DNA from: Candidatus Geocrenenecus arthurdayi
GTDB taxonomy: Archaea; Thermoproteota; Nitrososphaeria_A; Caldarchaeales; Wolframiiraptoraceae
Length of the DNA: 64,000 nucleotides
Direction of reading: 5' to 3'
NCBI GenBank assembly: GCA_023539395.1
Contig: JAKCEX010000002.1
Coordinates: 2,680 to 66,679, forward strand
Part shown: positions 40,876-49,769 of the stretch, piece by piece
Numbering within the stretch: position 1 is the first letter of the stretch
Layout of the letters: every line of letters starts with the position of its first letter
Notes under the pieces: generated by a model
Database searches by the model: none
The model's input: only the letters and a program-made list of their open reading frames with translations
Told to the model about the DNA's origin: nothing
Translations under genes and position numbers: made by a program

Positions 40876-41892
40876 TCATACACCCTGATAAGATGAGCAG
40901 TAGGATGGAGCCCTCAATCTAGTAACGATAGCCAAGCCAGGGTCTGAGTCCAAAACTATTGGAACATAATTTAATACTACAGCCGATGTAGCTAAATCTC
41001 CTGGGGTTCCACCGATACTTCTCCATGCAATTCTCGGAGCCCCATCTATAATTATTTCTTCAAATTCTTCTTCAGCACCAGCAATAGCGGTAAACTCTAC
41101 CCTAATTACTTCTCTCCCTCTTATTAATCCAACACCGTATCCTCTAATGCCTCTAACACTTCCATGCTGAATTACCATATTCTCTATTTTTATTTCTCTA
41201 TCAGCTGTGATTGCATCTTGTTTTTCGTATACTGAGTCTATCTTCAGATGTAATGCATCAGCTAACAAGTATACAGATTCTGCGTAACCCACGTGAGCTG
41301 TAAGTTCTCCTCTCTCAATCTTTTCATTGAATGTTAATTGGTCAAGCCCTAACCCGATCTTCCTCCTAAAAGATTCTCTCCTCTTTGAAGCATCTATAAC
41401 CCTTCTAGCTGTAACCTTCTCTACCTTAATGCATGGAGTTGTAAGAACTGCTGGAAGAAGGTCGAGCAGGAATCCAGGATTTATGCCTACACCAAGTATT
41501 GTTGAATTATTCTTCTTAGCTTCTAGATCGAGTCTACTAGCCAACTCTGGATACCTATAGTATGGATAGGAGAGCGTTTCACATGTAGATATTATGTCAG
41601 AGCCTGCTCTCACAGCATCTAGAATCTGCTCGTATACCTTGTCTAGAAAGCTCCCAGTAGCATGGAGAACGATATCGGGCTTAATAGTTCTTAAAACATC
41701 TATGCTGGGCTTCTCAACGACTACTCCAATCTTCTCACTTAAACCGATAACTTCTCCAACATCTCTTCCAATCTTCAATGGGTCAATATCGAATGCTCCT
41801 ACAAGCTCCATCCAATCTTTCTCTAACCCATATCTAGTGATTAAAGAACCGACCGGTCCAACACCATATACTGCAAACCTAACCCTTTCCAT
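40876..41892 (-). CDS. DapB-like NAD(P)-dependent oxidoreductase (amine dehydrogenase / 2,4-diaminopentanoate dehydrogenase-like family)
   Basis: N-terminal Rossmann motif VYGVGPVGS. The ~338-aa length and layout resemble the DapB N-terminal domain family. Specific substrate is unknown. Confidence 0.55.
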   Translation of the reverse strand: MERVRFAVYGVGPVGSLITRYGLEKDWMELVGAFDIDPLKIGRDVGEVIGLSEKIGVVVEKPSIDVLRTIKPDIVLHATGSFLDKVYEQILDAVRAGSDIISTCETLSYPYYRYPELASRLDLEAKKNNSTILGVGINPGFLLDLLPAVLTTPCIKVEKVTARRVIDASKRRESFRRKIGLGLDQLTFNEKIERGELTAHVGYAESVYLLADALHLKIDSVYEKQDAITADREIKIENMVIQHGSVRGIRGYGVGLIRGREVIRVEFTAIAGAEEEFEEIIIDGAPRIAWRSIGGTPGDLATSAVVLNYVPIVLDSDPGLAIVTRLRAPSYCSSYQGV

Positions 41893-42117
41893 AATTGGAC
41901 CACGTTAAGACCCTTCAAATGCCATTATAAATATCCATTCCAAGGAAGAGATTAAACTAGTACATCAAGCAGTTTCTACTAGTCATTACGTTATTCTAAG
42001 CAGGAAGAATAAGTTAATGGGATATGTTGCCGCCTATTTTAATTCCTACCTTTCCTTTGACTGTTTCATTAATGTTTCATCAAGTTCCTTATAGCGCTCT
42101 TTCTTAATCTATAATGC

Positions 42118-42867
42118 ATGAAACAAGAAATGTCTACGGATGGAAATATTGAAGCTCTTAGTCAAGACATTGTTGATAAGGGAAGCACTATCATTGAATT
42201 AATCGATGTTAAGAAGGTTTACGTTTCTGATGGCGTCCCCACGGAAGCTATGAGAGGCATCTCATTTAAAGTTACAAAAGGTGAATTCATTGCTGTTGTC
42301 GGTCCTTCGGGGAGTGGTAAATCAACTCTTCTACATCTTATAGGTGGATTAGATAGACCTACAAGTGGAAGAATACTAATAGGAGGAAATGATATCAACA
42401 AGCTTTCAGATGATAAGTTAGCTGAACTCAGGAATGAAAAGATTGGATTCGTTTTTCAATTCTATAACTTAGTACCATACCTACCAGTTATCAAGAATGT
42501 TGAGCTACCTCTAATTGTAAAAGGTGTATCTTCCCAGGAGCGTAGGGAGAGGGTTCTAAAACTACTTGAAGAAGTTGGGTTGAAGGATAAGGCTTTCACT
42601 AGACCTACAAGATTAAGCGGTGGAGAGCAGCAAAGAGTTGCGATAGCTAGAGCTCTCATAAATAATCCTGAGATACTGCTTGCGGATGAGCCTACTGGGA
42701 ATCTAGACTCAAAGAATAGTATAATGATTGCTGAGCTCTTCAGGAGACTCAACGATAAAGGTAGAACAATACTCATGGTTACACATAATCTTCTAGTTGC
42801 ATCTTATGCAAAGAGAATACTATACATTAGAGATGGATTAATCGAGAAGGAGGAGAATAAAGCATGA
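42118..42867 (+). CDS. ABC transporter ATP-binding protein, MacB/LolD/FtsE-like
   Basis: Walker A GPSGSGKST, Q-loop FVFQFYNL, signature LSGGEQQR, Walker B LLADEPTGNLD. Confidence 0.9.
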   Translation: MKQEMSTDGNIEALSQDIVDKGSTIIELIDVKKVYVSDGVPTEAMRGISFKVTKGEFIAVVGPSGSGKSTLLHLIGGLDRPTSGRILIGGNDINKLSDDKLAELRNEKIGFVFQFYNLVPYLPVIKNVELPLIVKGVSSQERRERVLKLLEEVGLKDKAFTRPTRLSGGEQQRVAIARALINNPEILLADEPTGNLDSKNSIMIAELFRRLNDKGRTILMVTHNLLVASYAKRILYIRDGLIEKEENKA

Positions 42868-44354
42868 AGCATCAACTAGTATTCATTATCCTATCTACCT
42901 TCATGCTGATGAATGTATTCTATCAATCAACTAATGCTGCAAAAGATATAGAAATAATAGGTGTTTACTGGAGTGATTCTGGAAAAGAATGGGCTGCTAT
43001 GCCAGGTGATGTAGCAACCCTAATAGTAGAATTTAGAAGTTTAATTGAAGAAACTATATGTGGTATAAAAGCAGTATTATGGCCAATAGACTCGTATAGA
43101 CCTTTCCCCTTCAGTAGTATTAGGGGGCAATACATTGAAGCATACACTGACAAGCAGATGAAGTTTGGAGATAAAGCTCAACTTACATTCAATATAAAGA
43201 TTGATGACGATGCTGAACCCGGGATATACGAAGCCCATCTCTACTTCTTTTATTATGATTGCGATAATCCTGAATATCCACAAATGACGACTACGAGAAA
43301 TGTCAATATCAAGGTGTGGCCACCACCTCATTTTAGAATAATCAATATTAGCTGGTTAAGTAATGAAGGCTTCCAAACTTCTGCAGGACCAGGCGATTCA
43401 AATAAGATACTTTCGATAACGTTTGTTGTTCCAAAATACTATGAAGTCTCAAATATTGCTGCAACTCTTTACCTAGGTGAATACTTCAGTAACCTTACGG
43501 GAGGAGACTTAGTAAAGACAAGCTACACAGGGCAAATAAGTGAAAACCAATATTTTACATTGAGATTCCCATTAAGTATAAGACCCGATGCACCCCTCGG
43601 TACACACAACCTAAGTCTTGTCCTAAGCTATTATGATAAATGGTTAACACTACAAGCACAAGAAATCCTCATCCCTGTAACTATAGCTGGTAGCAGCCAA
43701 CTGGATATATCCATACAATCTTCAGTCTTCACTGCTGGTTCTACTTCAAATATAGATATCAAGGTAATGAATACTGGTAGTAGTCCAGTATATTCAGTTA
43801 GAGTTTCTCTTTCTTCGGATGCTCTAGTATTATTCGATAGTGAAGTTAGGATCGCAGAAGTCAAGCCTAATACAGAATTGAGTTATGCTTTTCTCGTACA
43901 TACTCCTGGAGCGCTCTCCGAAGGCTTCTACCCAATTACGATACAAGCTCAATATGTTGATTCAAGCGGCATCATGCAGACATTATTGAAGACTGTAAAA
44001 GTTGAAGTTAGGTCTCCACCGCTACTCAGCTTATCAATCTATATAAAGAACCCTGAAGTAATCGTGGGTGGAAGCCATGAACTATCCATTGTTATAGAGA
44101 ACCCATATAATTCACCTATAACAGATATCAACATAAAGGCAAGTTTTGAGAATCTTCCACTAGCATTAACAGGCGGTGGTAGATTCTACTTCCAAGGGAT
44201 CCCTGCTAAAAGCTCTATAGAATTAAGGATTCCAGTAAAGATTTCACCATCAGCCTCAACTGGAATCTCTTATGGAAAACTATCAATCAATTATCGTAAC
44301 CCTACTGGAGAATTAAAGACAGATGAAGTCTCGATTCCTAGATACCTTCTGTAG
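42864..44354 (+). CDS. Secreted multi-domain CARDB / S-layer-domain-like (COG1361-type) protein
   Basis: Signal peptide MKHQLVFIILSTFMLMNVFYQSTNA. Repeated beta-rich ~100-aa modules follow the h-x-h-x-h-x-N-x-G-x-x-P pattern (IDIKVMNTGSSPVYSV, LSIVIENPYNSPITDI). An ATGA overlap links it to the ABC ATPase. Confidence 0.6.
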   Translation: MKHQLVFIILSTFMLMNVFYQSTNAAKDIEIIGVYWSDSGKEWAAMPGDVATLIVEFRSLIEETICGIKAVLWPIDSYRPFPFSSIRGQYIEAYTDKQMKFGDKAQLTFNIKIDDDAEPGIYEAHLYFFYYDCDNPEYPQMTTTRNVNIKVWPPPHFRIINISWLSNEGFQTSAGPGDSNKILSITFVVPKYYEVSNIAATLYLGEYFSNLTGGDLVKTSYTGQISENQYFTLRFPLSIRPDAPLGTHNLSLVLSYYDKWLTLQAQEILIPVTIAGSSQLDISIQSSVFTAGSTSNIDIKVMNTGSSPVYSVRVSLSSDALVLFDSEVRIAEVKPNTELSYAFLVHTPGALSEGFYPITIQAQYVDSSGIMQTLLKTVKVEVRSPPLLSLSIYIKNPEVIVGGSHELSIVIENPYNSPITDINIKASFENLPLALTGGGRFYFQGIPAKSSIELRIPVKISPSASTGISYGKLSINYRNPTGELKTDEVSIPRYLL

Positions 44355-44635
44355 GATACCTTATTTATACGTTTCTAAACATAAAGGTAGGCATTATGAA
44401 CATGTGAGCCTAGAAGATTATGTTCAATAAGCTAAACGTATCCGCTAGTTATCTAAACCTGTTAAGCCTAGAATTACGGATGAGAAGTGCAAGTTCTATA
44501 ATTTACGGTTTTCTCCTTATTAAGTTATTTCTTCTAAGCACATTATTTCTAATGTGTTTCAGCATATTCCTTATAAGATCCAGTATCGTTATCATTATAT
44601 GCACTCAACCCTCTACCTGAGAGGAGGCAGAATGA

Positions 44636-45868
44636 ATGGATAGAGCATATGTTGTACTGTCTGTAGTAGTCGCAGCTGCTTTAATCCTGTCTATAGGCTC
44701 ATTCCTCTTATATCAATTGTCTATTAATGAAGTTAGCTTAAAACTCTCCCAACTCTCAGGGAAGATTGATGATTTGAAAGCTAAGCTCTCAAACTATGAA
44801 TACCGTTTGATGAATGTTGAGGAGAATCTATCTAACCTTAGCTCAAATCTAACTTCAAAATCCATCTTAACGATAGCTCAATATAATCTTACAGCTCCAG
44901 AGACCGTATACGAGAAAGTTAAGGACTCCGTTGTTCTAATAAAATCTAGAATCATTGTAGAAACAATCTTCGGTAAAACCTATACTTCAGCTGAAGGGTC
45001 AGGCTTCGTATACTCTCCAGATGGATATATTATCACGAATTATCATGTTGTAGAGAATGCTGAAAGCATACAAGTATTCTTTCCAGATAGAAGCATATAT
45101 ACAGCAAGTATAGTTGGAGTAGACCCTCACGCTGACTTAGCAGTATTAAAGATAGAGCCTGGAGGAAAGATTCTACACCCACTATCTTTCAGTGATTCTT
45201 CAAAGCTTAGAGTTGGGCAGCCTGTCATTGCTGTTGGAAACCCCTTCGGATTAACAGCAACCTTAACCACGGGAGTGATAAGCCAGTTAAATAGACTTCT
45301 AGAAAGCCCAGGTGGTAGAGGTATACCAGGAGTAATACAGTTTGATGCAGCTGTAAACCCGGGAAGTAGTGGTGGACCATTACTTGATTATTCTGGGAGG
45401 GTTATAGGTGTTACAACTGCTATAGCATCAACAACTGGAGAGTTTGCAGGTATAGGCTTCGCAATACCTTCCAATATTGTTTTAAGAGTTGTTAAATCAT
45501 TGATCGAGAAAGGGAAATATGAACATCCATGGATGGGTATCGGTGGAATAGATGTTAACATGGAGATAGCTCAATTAATGAATTTAGAGAAAGCCTACGG
45601 ATTACTAGTTACAGCTATTGCTAGAGACAGCCCTGCAGAGAAAGCTGGATTAAGAGCTGGCACTAGAATGGTTACGCTCTCCGATGGTACAAGAGTAAAT
45701 ATTGGAGGAGACGTAATAATAGGTGTTGACAGCATAGTAGTCTTCGGCTTAGCAGACCTACTATCATACATTGAAGAATATAAGAGACCAGGAGATACTA
45801 TAACACTGAGAATCCTGAGAGAAAACCGTGAAATGCATCTAAACTTAACATTGGGAGCAATATCATAG
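44636..45868 (+). CDS. HtrA/DegP-family serine protease with PDZ domain, membrane anchored
   Basis: N-terminal TM helix and coiled coil. Catalytic triad contexts TNYHVV, DLAVLK, NPGSSGGPL. C-terminal PDZ-like region. Confidence 0.88.
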   Translation: MDRAYVVLSVVVAAALILSIGSFLLYQLSINEVSLKLSQLSGKIDDLKAKLSNYEYRLMNVEENLSNLSSNLTSKSILTIAQYNLTAPETVYEKVKDSVVLIKSRIIVETIFGKTYTSAEGSGFVYSPDGYIITNYHVVENAESIQVFFPDRSIYTASIVGVDPHADLAVLKIEPGGKILHPLSFSDSSKLRVGQPVIAVGNPFGLTATLTTGVISQLNRLLESPGGRGIPGVIQFDAAVNPGSSGGPLLDYSGRVIGVTTAIASTTGEFAGIGFAIPSNIVLRVVKSLIEKGKYEHPWMGIGGIDVNMEIAQLMNLEKAYGLLVTAIARDSPAEKAGLRAGTRMVTLSDGTRVNIGGDVIIGVDSIVVFGLADLLSYIEEYKRPGDTITLRILRENREMHLNLTLGAIS

Positions 45869-46008
45869 AAATAAGACAGGGGAAACAATATTAAACATCT
45901 ATAATGGGTCAGTCTCATGGCCAAAACATTGAATGGAAGACATTAACTCTGGATTATCTATGGCCAACCTGTTTCTACGTTAAATTTAACTTATGATAGG
46001 ATGTCTTT

Positions 46009-46713
46009 GTGTCCGCTAACAAGTTTGAAGAAGATATCTTGAGAACTGTTGAGAAAGCTGTTACATTCTATGGTGGCCAGATATACAGTAGGTTGACGAA
46101 GCTAAGTAGTAAGCTTATCGAATTACATAGGATAAACAAGGTTAAGGTAAACCACTCAGTAATGGAGATCGTTATGGGTGCTTACCTAGTAAACCGTGGC
46201 TATGAGGTATATGTAGAAGAAGAAGTAGGAAACTCTCTTATCGCAGATATTGTAGCGTATAGAAATGGGAAGAGAATGATTATCGAGATAGAGACAGGTT
46301 TTGTATCTCCTGAGAATGCATTAGACCCTCAAAGCTACTTAACGGCTAGAATAATTAGCAAGACTGCAAGATACGGGAAACATGCAGATGTATTCTCTCT
46401 TGCAACACCATTACATAACATACTCCAAATACCAGACCTCTACCTAAAACCATTTAAAGAAAGAAGGAAAGAAGAAACGATTATACTAAAAAACCTATGT
46501 GATAGATACTACTCTAACCCTCCAATAACACTTGAAGATATAGAGAAATCAGAGATTAAATCAATCTACCTATTAAACATCGATACATTAGAGGTAAGAA
46601 AACTAACATTAAGAAAATATGTAAAATCTACAATCTCTAAACTAACCCCCAGAAAAATAGATATCAAAAAATATGTAGAGTGGAGCCAACTCTCGGAGCA
46701 GGTAAGAGCTTGA
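46009..46713 (+). CDS. Orphan protein with a possible PD-(D/E)xK (restriction-endonuclease-like) core
   Basis: GTG start. SVMEIVMGAYL...LIADIVAYRNGKRMIIEIETG fits the helix-E ... hhhD ... hhhExx strand pattern of NucS/Hjc-like nucleases, but the usual Lys is not obvious (EIE). The C-terminal ~110 aa are unassigned. Confidence 0.35.
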   Translation: MSANKFEEDILRTVEKAVTFYGGQIYSRLTKLSSKLIELHRINKVKVNHSVMEIVMGAYLVNRGYEVYVEEEVGNSLIADIVAYRNGKRMIIEIETGFVSPENALDPQSYLTARIISKTARYGKHADVFSLATPLHNILQIPDLYLKPFKERRKEETIILKNLCDRYYSNPPITLEDIEKSEIKSIYLLNIDTLEVRKLTLRKYVKSTISKLTPRKIDIKKYVEWSQLSEQVRA

Positions 46714-46715
46714 AG

Positions 46716-46866
46716 CTCACAACCCCACAACTCCCAGGTTGTGGCCCAATGCTCTCATAGTTACACACCCTGGTTAACCGCTTTCGCGGCGTTGTGAGGG
46801 TGTGTAACTATACACTGTGAGTATACATGTCGAGGCTCCCCCCGACATGTCCCTCAACAGTGTACC
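46716..46866. ncRNA. Candidate highly structured RNA or palindromic DNA element (unknown family)
   Basis: Three consecutive hairpins, including a perfect 15-bp stem (46757-46771:46797-46811). By my hand count it is about 54% G+C in an AT-rich context. The GAAA tetraloop reading favours the minus strand. Details are in the findings. Confidence 0.4.
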
Positions 46867-47165
46867 TGATCCTTTTCCTGTTGGCTCCAATATTTTCTGT
46901 CTAGGTCTGGAAAATAAGGTTTTCGATTATTAGGGGTGTTCTGTAATACTCTTAGATTATCCTAAGATATTCATATGCATGTTCATGTTAATACTGCTCT
47001 CCAATACCGGTTTTCCTTATAAGGTACTTAACAAGTCCATCTTCTATTCTAGAACTACCATCCTCCCTAGTTTAATTCCTCTTAAAGCTAAGTACTTTTT
47101 CGGAACAATATTCGTTTTAGGGAAAGCTTATCTACTATTCTAAACAGTTGATTTAATGAAAAGTT

Positions 47166-47399
47166 ATGACGGTGTATGCCTACGTCTTACTAAGATGTAG
47201 AATGGGGAAATTGAAAGATGTAATCTCTGAAGTGCAGAAGATTGAGAATGTTAAAGCTGCTTATCCAGTAACTGGTAGATTTGATGCAGTAATAGAAATT
47301 GAAGCAGAAGATGTAAAAACGCTATCAAGCCTAGTTATTGAACGTATCCAGGTTATCGAAGGAGTTGAGAGAACAGAAACCCTCCTCTCCTTGGGGTGA
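47166..47399 (+). CDS. Stand-alone RAM (Lrp/AsnC ligand-binding) domain protein
   Basis: A 77-aa protein, AYVLLRC..GKLKDVISEVQKIENVKAAYPVTGRFDAVIEIEAEDVKTL, which is the AsnC_trans_reg C-terminal domain with no HTH. Confidence 0.8.
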   Translation: MTVYAYVLLRCRMGKLKDVISEVQKIENVKAAYPVTGRFDAVIEIEAEDVKTLSSLVIERIQVIEGVERTETLLSLG

Positions 47400-47405
47400 G
47401 GAAAA

Positions 47406-47639
47406 ATGCCTATTCAAGCATATGTATTCATAAGAGTATTGAAAGGTAATGCCAATGCTGTATTGAGAGCTGTTTCAAGGATTAAAGGTGTAAAATCTGC
47501 TAGAATGGTAACTGGAAGATACGATGTTGTAGCATTTGTTGAAGTTGAATCAATCGAAGAACTTGGAAAACTTGTTGCTACAAGGATACATAGAGTAAGA
47601 GGCGTACAATCTACAGAGACAGCGGTTGCTATCACATAA
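47406..47639 (+). CDS. Stand-alone RAM (Lrp/AsnC ligand-binding) domain protein, paralogue
   Basis: A 77-aa protein with the same pattern (AYVFIRV...IKGVKSARMVTGRYDVVAFVEVESIEEL). It starts 7 nt after the previous gene. Confidence 0.8.
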   Translation: MPIQAYVFIRVLKGNANAVLRAVSRIKGVKSARMVTGRYDVVAFVEVESIEELGKLVATRIHRVRGVQSTETAVAIT

Positions 47640-47653
47640 CCCCCTATTTTTTA

Positions 47654-48190
47654 TTATAGATAAACAACTTCACCATCATGTAAACACGCATATCTTGGAA
47701 GTTTATGTTTTATTTCTCTACCTAACTCTAGGATGTGTATAACCTGGAATCCTCTAGAAAATAAGTAGTCTGAGATGAATCTTCTATGGCATCTCCATGG
47801 GAATCTTTCCCTACACATTATTACAGTAGTCTTCTGCTCAGCAATAGAGGCTAGCTTCACGAGAGCCTGCTTAGCTCCATTATTAATAGCTAAATATGTA
47901 GCATAAGCTCTAAATCCTTCAGACTTGATAGATTTACCGATCCCTATATCTTCAACATCTTCTCCAAACTTTCTAAACCCACCTAGCTCCTTAATCCAAA
48001 CATAATCTATACTTAACTTCCTCAATGTTTTCAATAGATTATCGTATGAGAAATGCGGTGAGAACCTACTGGATGGAAATCTTCTAACATCAAATAAAAT
48101 CTGAATAGAATAATCCTGGATAATATTGATAAATTCTTTGAGATCACGGTTTGAGTGCCCTAAAGTATATACGTGTACCACCATATCCAT
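47654..48190 (-). CDS. DUF488-family protein
   Basis: VYTLGHSNR....FI..........DVRRFPSSRFSPHF...L...L......Y.....LGG is the DUF488 N-terminal signature. Confidence 0.75.
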   Translation of the reverse strand: MDMVVHVYTLGHSNRDLKEFINIIQDYSIQILFDVRRFPSSRFSPHFSYDNLLKTLRKLSIDYVWIKELGGFRKFGEDVEDIGIGKSIKSEGFRAYATYLAINNGAKQALVKLASIAEQKTTVIMCRERFPWRCHRRFISDYLFSRGFQVIHILELGREIKHKLPRYACLHDGEVVYL

Positions 48191-48261
48191 CTATCATAAG
48201 TACAAAATACTAGATAAATGCTAGTGAAAGTTCAGTCCAGCATACATCCATTCTACACTAT

Positions 48262-49698
48262 CTACTCAATAGGATATACGATTCTAGTGAATGGTGGTTG
48301 ACGTTTTTCTTCACGTAAATATGAAATAACCGCAGCTATAATATTCAGTACTGCTGAAGCTAATAATGAATTTCTTATACCTTGTACAAGGTTGGCAATC
48401 TGAGATAAAGATTCCATACTACTTCTACCGTTATTAATAAGTTTAGATGACTCACTGGAAGGTATAGTTGTAGATATTATAGCTATTGAGAATGGTATGC
48501 TTAGAGCCATACTAGTGTTTATTATAGTACTCCTAACACCTGCAGCTACACCTCTCATTTCGCTAGGCACAGACCCCATAACTGAGCTTGCGTTAGGGCT
48601 ACGGAATAATCCTACACCAAGCCCAGCCATTACTAACCCTATCAAGAGTATGTTATATTCTAGGTTGATAGAAATATTAGATAAAGTTATTAATGCGATA
48701 GCACTAACTATTAAGCCAACTGTACTAAGAATTCTCCCCCCAATCTTATCTGAAAACCATCCACTAACTGGACCGACAAGTATCAATGTTAAGTCGAGAG
48801 GTATCAAGCTTAAACCTGCTTGGATAGGTGAAAATCCTGCGACAATCTCAAGATATGTTGAGATTAGGAAAGCTAAAGATGCAAAAGACAATCCATTCAG
48901 TAGATTAGATATGTTTCCAGCTGTAAATGTTCTAATCTTGAATAGTTTAAAGTCGAGCATTGGGTAAACGATCTTCCTCTCGACAATTATGAATAATGTT
49001 AAGAGGATTAGACTTGTAATGATTAGAGATAATGGTATAGGTGAGGTAATAGCTCCAGAAGTTAAACCAAGCATAAGCAGTGTTAGGGAAGTGGAGAACA
49101 TAATTGCTCCTGTAAAATCGAATCTTTCCACTCTTGTAGATGGATTTGTCCCCTTTAATCTAAGTCTCGCCCAGAATCCACCGAATACTCCAATTGGGAC
49201 ATTTATCAAGAATAGCGCTCTCCAACCATATAAACTAATTATTACACCACTTAGGGTATAGCCGATTACTGTTCCAGCATTTATTGCTATCTGGTTTACT
49301 CCTATACCTAGTCCGAGCCCCCTACCTGCAAAAGCATCTGTAACTATCGCCATAGAATTAACAAACATTAATGCTCCGCCAACCCCCTGTATCGACCTAA
49401 AGAATAGTAATTGATAGATATCTGAGGAAAGCGCACATAGCAGTGAGCTTAAAGCAAATATGAAGTATCCCATAGAGTATAGTCTAACTCTTCCATACAT
49501 ATCTCCTAATCTACCGATAGGTACAAGTAGAATAGTTATTGCAAGCCGATAGATGGTTATAAGCCAGCTTCCAATAGCTAGGTCTGCTCTAAGCTCATTT
49601 ATGACTACTGGTAAACCTACAACTAAGAGACTAGCATCAAGAGAAGCCATAAATATGCCTATAGTAGTAACTGTAAGAACACTCCACCGACCTTCCAT
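48262..49698 (-). CDS. MFS transporter, 14-TM drug:H+ antiporter (EmrB/QacA-like)
   Basis: About 14 hydrophobic segments and the MFS motif A-like GRLGDMYGR after TM2. Confidence 0.85.
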   Translation of the reverse strand: MEGRWSVLTVTTIGIFMASLDASLLVVGLPVVINELRADLAIGSWLITIYRLAITILLVPIGRLGDMYGRVRLYSMGYFIFALSSLLCALSSDIYQLLFFRSIQGVGGALMFVNSMAIVTDAFAGRGLGLGIGVNQIAINAGTVIGYTLSGVIISLYGWRALFLINVPIGVFGGFWARLRLKGTNPSTRVERFDFTGAIMFSTSLTLLMLGLTSGAITSPIPLSLIITSLILLTLFIIVERKIVYPMLDFKLFKIRTFTAGNISNLLNGLSFASLAFLISTYLEIVAGFSPIQAGLSLIPLDLTLILVGPVSGWFSDKIGGRILSTVGLIVSAIALITLSNISINLEYNILLIGLVMAGLGVGLFRSPNASSVMGSVPSEMRGVAAGVRSTIINTSMALSIPFSIAIISTTIPSSESSKLINNGRSSMESLSQIANLVQGIRNSLLASAVLNIIAAVISYLREEKRQPPFTRIVYPIE

Positions 49699-49769
49699 TC
49701 AACTAAAAAATATACGGGCAACTAAAAAATCCTACATAATGATGATTACATTATAGTATACTCTTACTT

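Noticed and set aside
44420-44620. A 66-aa hydrophobic ORF after the CARDB-like gene, as a real small membrane protein or a lost anchor.
   Set aside because: Its sequence is low-complexity (L/I/F/S-rich), as expected from AT-rich non-coding DNA. I saw no Shine-Dalgarno-like sequence. It is mentioned only in the context of the missing anchor and permease.
46716-46866. Identity of the structured element as tRNA or split tRNA, SRP RNA, RNase P RNA, C/D box or H/ACA sRNA.
   Set aside because: There is no T-loop (GTTCRA) and no cloverleaf. The RNase P GAGGAAAGUCC and ACAGAA motifs are absent. The element is too short for SRP RNA. It lacks a RUGAUGA...CUGA box pair. Its stems have no pocket/K-turn geometry with a 3' ACA at the right spacing. 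It is kept as an unknown element instead.
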